A stretch of 64,000 nucleotides of DNA from Eubacteriales bacterium (GTDB taxonomy: Bacteria > Bacillota > Clostridia > Oscillospirales > CAG-272). The stretch is taken from contig JAZSIF010000044.1 in assembly GCA_045533675.1 (NCBI GenBank), positions 5,254 to 69,253 of the forward strand. Direction: 5' to 3'. A program made the position numbers and the translations under genes. Shown piece after piece: positions 8,809-16,951 of this stretch (positions are counted from its first letter, which is position 1; each line of letters opens with the position of its first letter). The notes under the pieces are model-generated. The model made no database searches. It was not told the DNA's origin and saw only the letters and a list, made by a program, of their open reading frames with translations.

Positions 8809-10203
8809 ATGAAATTTGCGTTGTTTTTCGGAAACCGCGGATTTATGCCTGCTGAGCTGATCGCGGTCGCAAGAACCGATATGATCAAGGCAGTGACCGA
8901 TGCGGGTCACGAGGTCCTGACCATGGATGAAAAGGCGACCCGCTACGGCGCGGTCGAGACCCGTGATGAGGGAAGACTCTATCACGATTGGCTCAAGTCC
9001 CATGAGGGCGAGTATGACGGTGTCATTCTCTGTATGCCCATCTTTATCGACGAGAACGGCGCAGTGACCGCCCTACAGGATGCGGGTGTGCCGATCCTTA
9101 TGCAGGCATATCCCGACGAGATCGGCAAGATGGACTTCCAGCACCGCCGTGACGCGTACTGCGGAAAGTTCTCGGTGACCGACGTATTCTATCAGTACAA
9201 GATCCCCTTCACGGTGATGAAGCCCCACGTGGTTCATCCTCTCAGCGATGCCTTCAAGCAGAACCTTGCTGACTTTGCCGCCATCTGCCGTGTGGTCAAG
9301 GGCATGAAGCGCTTCAACCTCGGTTGTATCGGCGCGAGGACCACCGCCTTCAAGACGGTTCGCTTTGATGAGGTAACCCTCCAGAGATACGGCATCAACG
9401 TAGAGTCCTTCGACCTCTCCGAGCTCTTCTTCAAGGTTAACAACAAGGCAGACGACGATGCCACGGTGATTGCCAAGATGCAGAGACTGGAGAACTACGC
9501 GGATTTTAGCCGTGTACCTCTTCGCAACAAGCTGACTCTGGCAAAGATTTCCGTGGTCATCGATGAGTACATCGAGGAATATCACCTGGATGCCGTGACG
9601 CTCCGTTGCTGGAACGAGATGGAGACCGTTCTCCGTGTATGCCCCTGCGTGCTGATCTCCGAGCTGAACGACCGTGGAATCGTTTGCTCCTGTGAGATCG
9701 ACTTGACCAGTGCCATTACCATGAGAGCCATGGCTCTGGCATCCGAGAAGCCTACCGCTTGCCTTGACTGGAACAACAACTACGGCGAGGAGGAAAATAA
9801 AGTCATTCTCTTCCACTGCGGACCTGTGGCGCAGACGCTGATGGCAGAAAAGGGGACCGTTACCGAGCACAAAATGTTCGCTAAGGGTGATCCCGGAAGC
9901 GGATGGGGCTCCAACGAGGGTCGCATTGCCGCCTTCGATATGACCTTCTCCAACGGATTTACTGAGGACGGTAAGCTGAAGGTCTACGCAAGCGAGGCGA
10001 GGTTTACGGGAGAGCCTATTGAGGCTGCCTTCTTCGGCTGCGGCGGTGTTGCCGAGATCCCGAACCTTCAGGATAAGCTGATCAAGCTGGCAAAGGGTGG
10101 CTTTAAACACCACACCACCGTTGGTATGGGTCACATGAAGGCGGTTCTTGAGGAAGCCTTTGGTACATATCTCGGTTACGAGATCATAAATATTGACAAC
10201 TGA
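8809..10203 (+). CDS. L-fucose/L-arabinose isomerase-family sugar isomerase (short, about 465-aa type)
   Basis: 464-aa ORF starting 1 nt after the kinase stop. Overall resemblance to FucI/AraA-like family proteins. Substrate unknown. Confidence 0.75.
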   Translation: MKFALFFGNRGFMPAELIAVARTDMIKAVTDAGHEVLTMDEKATRYGAVETRDEGRLYHDWLKSHEGEYDGVILCMPIFIDENGAVTALQDAGVPILMQAYPDEIGKMDFQHRRDAYCGKFSVTDVFYQYKIPFTVMKPHVVHPLSDAFKQNLADFAAICRVVKGMKRFNLGCIGARTTAFKTVRFDEVTLQRYGINVESFDLSELFFKVNNKADDDATVIAKMQRLENYADFSRVPLRNKLTLAKISVVIDEYIEEYHLDAVTLRCWNEMETVLRVCPCVLISELNDRGIVCSCEIDLTSAITMRAMALASEKPTACLDWNNNYGEEENKVILFHCGPVAQTLMAEKGTVTEHKMFAKGDPGSGWGSNEGRIAAFDMTFSNGFTEDGKLKVYASEARFTGEPIEAAFFGCGGVAEIPNLQDKLIKLAKGGFKHHTTVGMGHMKAVLEEAFGTYLGYEIINIDN

Positions 10204-10219
10204 TAAGGAGAAAAGAATT

Positions 10220-11071
10220 ATGTTAGTAGGATTGAAAGAAGTTCTTGCTGAGGGCAAAAAGAGAGGCATTGCTGTTGGAAATTTTAACACGCCTACCTTG
10301 GAGTGCCTGATTGCCGTATTAGATGCCGCTGAGGAGCTGGACGTTCCCGTCATCATTGCTCATGCGCAGGTTCACGAGCCTGTGGCTCCCATTGATAAGA
10401 TCGGACCTGTAATGGTTGAGCTTGCCAAGCGCGCGAAGGTGAAGGTGTGCGCGCACCTGGACCACGGCGAGGATTTTGATTACTGCAAGAGAGCGATCGA
10501 TATCGGCTTTACCTCTATTATGATCGACTGCTCCACGCTTCCCTATGAGGAAAACGTAGCTGAGACCGCAAGAGTGACCGAGTATGCACACTCCCGCGGT
10601 GTGGACGTGGAGTCCGAGCTTGGAAGCCTTCCTCAGCGTGAGGGTGGCGCAGATAACGGAAGCGCTCCCGCAAAGCCCGAGGATCTTTACACCAAGCCCG
10701 AGCTTGTGCCCGATTATCTCGCTCGCACCGGTGTTGACGCGTTGGCGATTGCCTTCGGTACCGCACACGGTATCTACAAGGTGAAGCCCGTCTTGAACAT
10801 GGATATCATCACCGAGATCCGCAAGCGTTCCGACATTCCGTTGGTCATGCACGGCGGAAGCGGTATTTCGCATGAGGAATACCGTGAGGTCATTCGCCGT
10901 GGTGTCAACAAGATCAACTACTATTCCTATATGTCCTACGAGGGATATGCCAACGCTAAGGCAACCGTCGAGGCAACACCCGCTGATTTCTTCCACAATC
11001 TGGCGTACAACGCAACCCTTGCTATGAAGGAAAACGCAAAGGCAACCATGAAGGTCTTTGCGGGGATGTGA
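10220..11071 (+). CDS. Class II fructose/tagatose-bisphosphate aldolase-family protein
   Basis: ORF track 10193..11071. AAGGAG RBS before ATG 10220. Motifs GNFN, HLDHG and VMHGGSG of the class II FBA/KbaY/GatY family. Confidence 0.88.
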   Translation: MLVGLKEVLAEGKKRGIAVGNFNTPTLECLIAVLDAAEELDVPVIIAHAQVHEPVAPIDKIGPVMVELAKRAKVKVCAHLDHGEDFDYCKRAIDIGFTSIMIDCSTLPYEENVAETARVTEYAHSRGVDVESELGSLPQREGGADNGSAPAKPEDLYTKPELVPDYLARTGVDALAIAFGTAHGIYKVKPVLNMDIITEIRKRSDIPLVMHGGSGISHEEYREVIRRGVNKINYYSYMSYEGYANAKATVEATPADFFHNLAYNATLAMKENAKATMKVFAGM

Positions 11072-11074
11072 GCC

Positions 11075-11983
11075 ATGGACGGAAGAATATCGAATTTCGC
11101 GCAGGTTGCCAGCCTTCGCCGTTATACCTTGACCGAGGGACGCGCCAAGGGCTTGGAGGTTTTGGATTGTGACAATGGAAAGATCCGTTTTCTTCTGAAC
11201 CTTTCCAAGGCACTGGACGTCATGCAGCTCTATCATGAGGGACAGAACGTGTCCTTCCTGTCGAAGAACGCGCTTGAGGGAAGAGGAATTGACTTCATCC
11301 GCCGCTTTGAGGGAGGGATGCTCTATACCTGTGGTCTTGACAGTGTGGGTGACCGCGAGGGCTTTGAGCTTCACGGAACGCTACACAACACCCCTGCGGA
11401 GCTGATTCATTGTGCGTGCTCGGAGGATGGTATTATCGTAGAAGCGATTATCCATGATACGGCGCTGTTTGGAAAAAATCTTTCGATCCGCCGCAGAGTT
11501 ACCTCTGCCATTGGCTCGGAAACGGTGAAGGTGGAGGATACGCTCGTCAACGAGGGCTATGCTTCTGAGGAGTATTGTCTTTTGTATCACGTCAACGTAG
11601 GCTACCCCATGCTGGATGCGGGGGCGAAGATTGAGGCGGATGAGGAATCCTGCGTGCCGAGAACTCCCTTTGCCAAGGAGCGCGTGGCAACTCGTCACCT
11701 TATGACTGACTCGGTTGTAGGGGAGGACGAGACCTGCTATTTCCTCAAGCTGAAAAAGCCCGAGATCTCCTTGGTCAACGAGAAGCTGGGAAAGAGATTT
11801 ACTCTTGCCTATTCGAAGGAGACGCTTCCTTGCTTCATAGAATGGAAGAGTATGGCGAGCGGCGACTATGCCCTTGGTTTGGAGCCCTGCACCACCGAGC
11901 TTGACGATCGCTTTACCTATCGCACGATCGGAGCGGGTGAGAGGATCACCCTTTCGGTGGCGATTACGGTTGAACGGATTTAG
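11075..11983 (+). CDS. DUF4432 / aldose-1-epimerase-like protein
   Basis: 302-aa ORF, 3 nt after the aldolase stop. Recognised only by general resemblance to DUF4432 proteins found in sugar operons. Confidence 0.6.
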   Translation: MDGRISNFAQVASLRRYTLTEGRAKGLEVLDCDNGKIRFLLNLSKALDVMQLYHEGQNVSFLSKNALEGRGIDFIRRFEGGMLYTCGLDSVGDREGFELHGTLHNTPAELIHCACSEDGIIVEAIIHDTALFGKNLSIRRRVTSAIGSETVKVEDTLVNEGYASEEYCLLYHVNVGYPMLDAGAKIEADEESCVPRTPFAKERVATRHLMTDSVVGEDETCYFLKLKKPEISLVNEKLGKRFTLAYSKETLPCFIEWKSMASGDYALGLEPCTTELDDRFTYRTIGAGERITLSVAITVERI

Positions 11984-11995
11984 TTAAAAATTGAA

Positions 11996-12035
11996 GAACC
12001 CCATGGTGAAAAAACACCGATGGGGTTCTTTTTTT
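11996..12035 (+). terminator. Rho-independent terminator of the sugar cassette
   Basis: GAACCCCAT (11996-12004) pairs with ATGGGGTTC (12020-12028), followed by T7. Confidence 0.85.
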
Positions 12036-12075
12036 ATATATTGTGGTATCGTATGTGCGGTAATGCCATTATTTG

Positions 12076-12453
12076 TTATAAAACTCTTTTCATAGGTTCA
12101 TGGCGACAAGGCGACACGGGGTGCCGAGCTTGGGCAAAGCCGTTAATCGCCCAAAGGACGGTCATCATCGGGATTGAGCCAGATGCCAATGGGAAGAAGA
12201 GATTCATGGATGTGGCGAGGATCAGTCCCGCAAAAATGAGATTCTCGGGCTTGATCTTGTCTCCGATTTGCCCATGGATAATTTGTCCCACGCCGTAGGT
12301 GATGGAAAGGACAACAAGGATAATAGAGAGTGCGGATTTTTCATATCCAAGATCGGCGATGATTTCTTGGATCGCTGCCGCAAAGTTAATTTTTGTCACG
12401 TAGTTCACAAAGTAGATCATAGTCAGGATCCATGCAAGCGGCTTTCCATGCAA
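12076..12453 (-). pseudogene. Truncated MFS transporter (N-terminal about 115 aa only)
   Basis: TM1-TM3-like sequence (YFVNYVTKINFAAAIQEIIADLGY..GQIGDKIKPENLIF..WAINGFAQ). It then runs out of family-like sequence and stops. No remainder of the gene is present. Confidence 0.7.
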
Positions 12454-12644
12454 AAGGGAACGGTGATGGTGTCGGGCAGAGAGTCTGCCCCGTGAAGCTT
12501 TCTTGCTTTGCCGCTGACCAAATGGTCACGGACGAATTGCCATTCTCCATTCAGGTTCGTCCGGGTCTTTCGCTCGAATTGAAGGTTGGGATGCTCGGGA
12601 CGGGGCATGGTATTATTGATGGAACAGGTCATAATCAATACCAC
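12423..12644 (-). pseudogene. Glycoside hydrolase family 2 N-terminal fragment (about 70 aa)
   Basis: RPEHPNLQFERK..LNGEWQF..VPFCMESRLHG resembles the start of GH2 beta-galactosidases/glucuronidases. The frame ends inside the MFS fragment. Confidence 0.6.
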
Positions 12645-12794
12645 TCTTTTATGATGATGTAAGGATTCAAGGGTTATGGCTATCTTATACGTGATGCGGA
12701 AAAAGCAAGTGTCTTTTTTTGTTGCTTTTTTGAAATATGATCGAGATCATGTACTAATATAATAAAAATCGTCATATAAACTTGTCGAATTATA

Positions 12795-12823
12795 TTGACA
12801 AAAAAGATGAAAAATGTTATAAT
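12795..12823 (+). promoter_or_regulatory. Sigma-70-type promoter (TTGACA-17-TATAAT)
   Basis: TTGACA at 12795-12800 and TATAAT at 12818-12823, in an AT-rich spacer upstream of the AraC gene at 12892. Confidence 0.6.
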
Positions 12824-12891
12824 ATGTATGGTAAATATTTATTTCTTGGCTTTATAAGGTATGATGAAAAATAATAGGAGATGAAAGAATA

Positions 12892-13677
12892 ATGAAAAAA
12901 TACGACATATCCAATTTGATCATTTCCCGCATTGTGGATATCTACAGCTATACCCTTCCCGAGGAGCATGAGGCAAAGGGGATCTGCGGTCACGACGTAT
13001 TGATCGTCAAGGCAAAGGGAGAATCGGAATACAAGGTGGGCACTCAGAAGCTGTTGGCGGATGTCGGTCATCTGATTTTTCTGCCCAAGGGTACCGAATA
13101 CGAGCTTGCCGTGGAGGACGAGGGGGCTTGTACTGTCATAGAATTTGATTCCGTGGAGACAGCGGGGGCTGTTCCTTGTTCGTTCTTTACGGGGGGAGAG
13201 AGTGATCTCCTGGCTACTGTGAAGAATATTCACCACTATTGGAATCTTCGGGGACCCGCCTATCATTCGAAATGTCTGTCCGAAATTTACAGTCTGGTAA
13301 CGCAGATCGCTACCATTCAAGCCTATGCCTACTCCTTGGCGGGCAAATACCGTCTCATTCACCGTTCGGTGAAGTACATTGAGAGTCATTACCACCGTCA
13401 GGACCTTTACACGCCCATGCTTGCCAAGATGTCGGGAATGGGCGAGACCTACTACCGCAGTATCTTCCAGTCGGTCTTTGGTGTTCCTCCTACCCGATAC
13501 ATTCAGCAGTACCGCGTAGAGAAGGCAAAGACCCTTCTTGTGAATTCCGCGGGCTCGGTGGAGGAGATCGCTCTCGCCGTCGGCTTTGCCAATTCCTCCT
13601 ACTTCTGCAAGGTTTTCAAGGCGACCGCGGGCATGACTCCCTCGGAATTCGCCGAGCACGCTCGAAAGTTTGGCTGA
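12892..13677 (+). CDS. AraC-family transcriptional regulator (cupin sensor plus HTH)
   Basis: 261-aa ORF with C-terminal AraC HTH (SSYFCKVFKATAGMTPSEF). Divergent from the GH2/MFS remnants. Confidence 0.88.
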   Translation: MKKYDISNLIISRIVDIYSYTLPEEHEAKGICGHDVLIVKAKGESEYKVGTQKLLADVGHLIFLPKGTEYELAVEDEGACTVIEFDSVETAGAVPCSFFTGGESDLLATVKNIHHYWNLRGPAYHSKCLSEIYSLVTQIATIQAYAYSLAGKYRLIHRSVKYIESHYHRQDLYTPMLAKMSGMGETYYRSIFQSVFGVPPTRYIQQYRVEKAKTLLVNSAGSVEEIALAVGFANSSYFCKVFKATAGMTPSEFAEHARKFG

Positions 13678-13793
13678 GGATGCGGGTCGCTTTTGAAAAA
13701 GCTCCGCAAAACTTTTTATACAAATTATGGGTTATTTTAACATCACGTCCTATATAGGGTGTGCCGTATAACCTTTAGTTTTTCTCTAATGTA

Positions 13794-13847
13794 GAAAACC
13801 ATCGGACTGCATTGCTTGCGCATGCCACCGATGGTTTTCTTTTTTTT
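13794..13847 (+). terminator. Terminator hairpin (F1 hairpin-1 module)
   Basis: GAAAACCATCGG (13794-13805) pairs with CCGATGGTTTTC (13828-13839), followed by T8. Confidence 0.8.
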
Positions 13848-13860
13848 AATTCAATAAAAT

Positions 13861-13897
13861 GAAACCCGTCGGGACGCAGCAGGGTCCGACGGGTTTC
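13861..13897 (-). terminator. Terminator hairpin (F1 hairpin-2 module) for the minus-strand operon
   Basis: GAAACCCGTCGG..CCGACGGGTTTC. On the minus strand it is followed by ATTTTATT. The same hairpin occurs at 47683-47720. Confidence 0.7.
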
Positions 13898-14010
13898 TTC
13901 CTTAGAGAAAGAACAATAAGTTATTGTTTGCACAATGAAAAGGAACGTGTGTAAAACCGAGAAATCATTTGTATGAAAAGTTTTGCGCCGCTTTTTCAAA
14001 AGCGGCAAAT

Positions 14011-14041
14011 CGCATCCCCGCATCCCCGCATCCTCGCATCC
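14011..14041. repeat. 8-bp tandem repeat (CGCATCCY) x about 4
   Basis: CGCATCCC CGCATCCC CGCATCCT CGCATCC, between the two right-end motifs of the F1 copy. Confidence 0.9.
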
Positions 14042-14063
14042 TTTTTCAAAAGCGACTTGTCTC

Positions 14064-15506
14064 TTACACTTGGCGCATCAGACGTATATAGAATTCGCAA
14101 GCGCGGCAGGCGGTATCTACGCGAATGCGCTCGTTATTGCCATGAATGGTGGCGCGCTCTGCGGTGGTCAGATCCATGGCGGAGAAGCGGTAGACTCTGT
14201 CGGAGATTCTGCCCCAGTGACGGCTGTCCGAGCACTGAACCATGAGATAGGGGGTGGTGACGGTTCCCCTCCAGGTAGAGGACACCGCAAGGGCAACCTT
14301 CTCGTATGCGTCACAATCGGTTTTTGAGATGCGGCTGGGATTCATACCGTGAATGGCGGTGATCTCTACCGAGTCGTCTCCTACCGTCTTCTTCAGATAG
14401 GCAAGGGCGGAATCCATGGTATCATGGGGATTTAAGCGAATATTGGAGACCATTTCCGCCTCAGGGGGGATGACGTTGGAGGCGGAGCTTCCCTTCATTT
14501 GCGTAAAGGCAACGGTGGTACGCATCAGCGCGTTCAGCTCGCCGCCGCTCTTTTTACAGATCATGTCAAGCACGGGCGAGAAGCACCAGAGGTTGGCGAA
14601 GATCATGCGGTATACAAAGGAAGAGTGGCGTCCGAGGGTGTCAAACATTTTGGCAACGGGATCGGACAGGTGAGAGGGGAAGGGATGATCCTCAATTTTG
14701 CAACAGGCAGAGGAGAGGACACCCACGGGGGTGTGAGGCTTGGGGGCGGAGGCATGGCCGCCCGCGGATTTGGCGCGGTAGCGCACGTCCATCATCCCCT
14801 TTTCGGCAATACCGATCATGCCGCAGGGAGCCGATACACCGGGGAATACTCCCTCGACCACCGCGCCGCCCTCATCGAGAACCAGGGCGGGGGTGATGTG
14901 ATGCTCTTCAAAATAGTCCACAATGCGGACCGCGCCCTCGCCGTTGACCTCCTCACCGCCCGAAAAGGCAAAGTACACGTCATGCTCGGGGGTAAAGCCC
15001 TCCTTAATCAAGTGGTCGGCGGCAAAAAGCACACCGCCAAAGGTTACCTTGGTGTCAAGGGTCCCTCTTCCCCAAAGAACGCCGTCCTTGAGGATTCCCT
15101 CAAAGGGGGGCTTGTCCCAGTCGGCTTCGTTGACGGGTACCACGTCGTAATGCGCCATCAGCACGGTGGGGTCTCCCTCGCTTTTGCCCTTCCAGTGGTA
15201 GAGCAGGGCGCGACCCTCCATGCGGGTCAGCGTGCAGACCTCGTATACGTTGGGATAAAGTTCAGGCAGACGGGAAATCAGTCCCTCAAATTCGCTGTCA
15301 TCCTCCAAGGAGGAGTCCCGATAGGAGACCGTCTTGTAGCGAATGAGGGCAGAAAGATTTTCGATGACCCGCTCACGGTCAAAGACCTCCTCGCCCGCAA
15401 GGGCGGGGGCTTGTGCCTTCGGCTTGAAGCGCAGGGTGCGAATGAACAGAATCGAAAGAAAGATCAAAAGGAGCGCAAGGAGACCCAAAAGAATGTAACC
15501 AACCAT
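14064..15506 (-). CDS. M20/M25/M40-family metallopeptidase with N-terminal membrane anchor
   Basis: 480-aa ORF. One N-terminal TM helix, then M20 motifs (MAHYDVVP, GRGTLDTK, SGGEEV). Confidence 0.88.
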   Translation of the reverse strand: MVGYILLGLLALLLIFLSILFIRTLRFKPKAQAPALAGEEVFDRERVIENLSALIRYKTVSYRDSSLEDDSEFEGLISRLPELYPNVYEVCTLTRMEGRALLYHWKGKSEGDPTVLMAHYDVVPVNEADWDKPPFEGILKDGVLWGRGTLDTKVTFGGVLFAADHLIKEGFTPEHDVYFAFSGGEEVNGEGAVRIVDYFEEHHITPALVLDEGGAVVEGVFPGVSAPCGMIGIAEKGMMDVRYRAKSAGGHASAPKPHTPVGVLSSACCKIEDHPFPSHLSDPVAKMFDTLGRHSSFVYRMIFANLWCFSPVLDMICKKSGGELNALMRTTVAFTQMKGSSASNVIPPEAEMVSNIRLNPHDTMDSALAYLKKTVGDDSVEITAIHGMNPSRISKTDCDAYEKVALAVSSTWRGTVTTPYLMVQCSDSRHWGRISDRVYRFSAMDLTTAERATIHGNNERIRVDTACRACEFYIRLMRQV

Positions 15507-15516
15507 ACCTCACCTA

Positions 15517-16185
15517 TCAAAGCTTTCCTTTTTTATAAAGAATCCGCGCGACGGCAACCGTAAAGAGGACACCCACGGGAACCATAATGCCCACGGTGCT
15601 TGCGTTCAGGGCGGGAACGAAGATAAAGAGCGCCAGCATGAGAATGATGGGAGCCACCGACAGCTTGGCATTCTTGGAGATAAAGACCACCGCAAGACCG
15701 CCGAAGAGGGCGGGCAGAATCATATCAAAGGCAGGCTGAAGGACGGGGGCTTGCAGAAGAGGAGTCAGGGGCACGATAAAGATGACGCCCAGAATGATAA
15801 TGAGGGTGGTCACAATGCCCGATACCGCAATGGAAATGGTGGAGATGATCTCTCCCTCCTCCGAGGACGGCTTTACCTTTGCCCGCTCCATGGCATCCAG
15901 CGCGCAGGGGAGCTTCAGATTGGAAATATTCCCTGTCACGAAGGAGAGGTAAGCGCCTCCCGCGCCCAGCATAGGAACGAAGGTGAACATTTCCACGATT
16001 CCCACCGCCCAATACATGGGAAGAATGGCGAGAATCCCTGTAAAGAGGGCGTCCCACTTGGGGAACACTCCAAAGATCAGACAAACGGCAACGGGGAACA
16101 TAAGTACAAGGAAGAAGAGGCTAAGACCCCAAACGCGTCCATGACGGTGAACGCTTTCCAAATAGGTTTCATTTTGACGTTTCAT
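15517..16185 (-). CDS. Polytopic membrane protein, unknown function
   Basis: 222-aa ORF with about 6 hydrophobic segments. Sits 10 nt upstream of the M20 gene and 18 nt downstream of the next membrane protein. Confidence 0.75.
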   Translation of the reverse strand: MKRQNETYLESVHRHGRVWGLSLFFLVLMFPVAVCLIFGVFPKWDALFTGILAILPMYWAVGIVEMFTFVPMLGAGGAYLSFVTGNISNLKLPCALDAMERAKVKPSSEEGEIISTISIAVSGIVTTLIIILGVIFIVPLTPLLQAPVLQPAFDMILPALFGGLAVVFISKNAKLSVAPIILMLALFIFVPALNASTVGIMVPVGVLFTVAVARILYKKGKL

Positions 16186-16203
16186 CGTAGGGTTCCTCCT
16201 TTC

Positions 16204-16926
16204 TTACGCGAGCCATGCCGTGAAGGGGATGGCAGATGCCATGCCGCCTACCAGGCTGATGGGAAGCGCGTAATCCGTGATCCAGCGCGCGCGCAAAACC
16301 TTTGCCAAAAGACCGCAAATCAGCATCAAAAGCGCGGATGCCGCCATGACGCAAACAGGGATCAGACCCGAGGTGTCTCCCGAGAAGACGGTGGATACGT
16401 CACAGAACACGTAGCCGAGGAAGGCGGAGATCATGCCGAGGAACATGGCATTGTTAAAGATCTCGCCCCAACGGGCATCCTTTTTTTCCATGCTTTTCAG
16501 TCCGCTTTGAATTTTTTTGGTGCAGAGCGGGACCAAGAGAAGTCCTATGATAATGCCCAAAGTCATGACCCAAAGCACGGTCGCGAATTCTGAGGCGCCC
16601 TCCACCCCGTTCGGGAGCTGAGCGATGGTGGTCTCTGCCGCCACCGTCTCATAGCTCAGAGAGCCGATGATGGAAAGACGGAGCCAAGGGAGCGCCAAGC
16701 CAAGCTTTTGGGAAAGAATGGCAACGCCCACCAAGATCGAAACGGCGGGGGCGATGGTGAAGATGGCGGAGGAGCTGACGGTCTTTTTGAGGATCGCCTT
16801 GTCCATGCCCAGCTCCTTCGCGCGTTTGAGGGCGCGCGCAAGGAAAAAGACCGACTGCGCCAGCACCACCACAATGATCAGTCCCGCAAAAATAAAGAGA
16901 AGCGGGTGATTGACGGTGAATTCCAT
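16204..16926 (-). CDS. Polytopic membrane protein, unknown function (possibly DUF5058-like)
   Basis: ORF track 16204..17037. Start set at ATG 16926 with AAAGGAGA RBS. About 6 TM segments. The DUF assignment is from memory only. Confidence 0.7.
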   Translation of the reverse strand: MEFTVNHPLLFIFAGLIIVVVLAQSVFFLARALKRAKELGMDKAILKKTVSSSAIFTIAPAVSILVGVAILSQKLGLALPWLRLSIIGSLSYETVAAETTIAQLPNGVEGASEFATVLWVMTLGIIIGLLLVPLCTKKIQSGLKSMEKKDARWGEIFNNAMFLGMISAFLGYVFCDVSTVFSGDTSGLIPVCVMAASALLMLICGLLAKVLRARWITDYALPISLVGGMASAIPFTAWLA

Positions 16927-16951
16927 GAAAATCTCCTTTATGTATGTATTG

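Larger units (their letters stand above)
13686..14056. repeat. F1 intergenic repeat, complete two-ended copy
   Basis: Left end GTCGCTTTTGAAAAAGCTCCGCAAAACTTTTTATACAAAT (13686-). Inverted right end ATTTGTATGAAAAGTTTTGCGCCGCTTTTTCAAAAGCGG (13969-14006). Outer inverted CTTTTTCAAAAGCGAC at 14041-14056. Two hairpin modules inside. Confidence 0.8.

Noticed and set aside
12020-12298. 92-aa plus-strand ORF downstream of the sugar-cassette terminator
   Set aside because: It starts inside the terminator T-run, lacks an RBS and is antisense to the MFS fragment, whose translation shows genuine transporter motifs.
14011-14041. The 8-bp CGCATCCC tandem repeat as an independent regulatory or CRISPR-like feature
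   Set aside because: Only about 4 units are present, embedded in the F1 repeat end. A partial inverted match (GAGGATGCGGG) sits at the left flank, so it is best read as part of the element terminus.
13973-14245. ORFs starting MKSFAPLFQKR / MKSFAALFQKR (13973.., 13983.., 47795..)
   Set aside because: Their first 12 codons are the F1 right-end repeat itself. The remainder is antisense to real genes (M20 peptidase, ylbJ-like).
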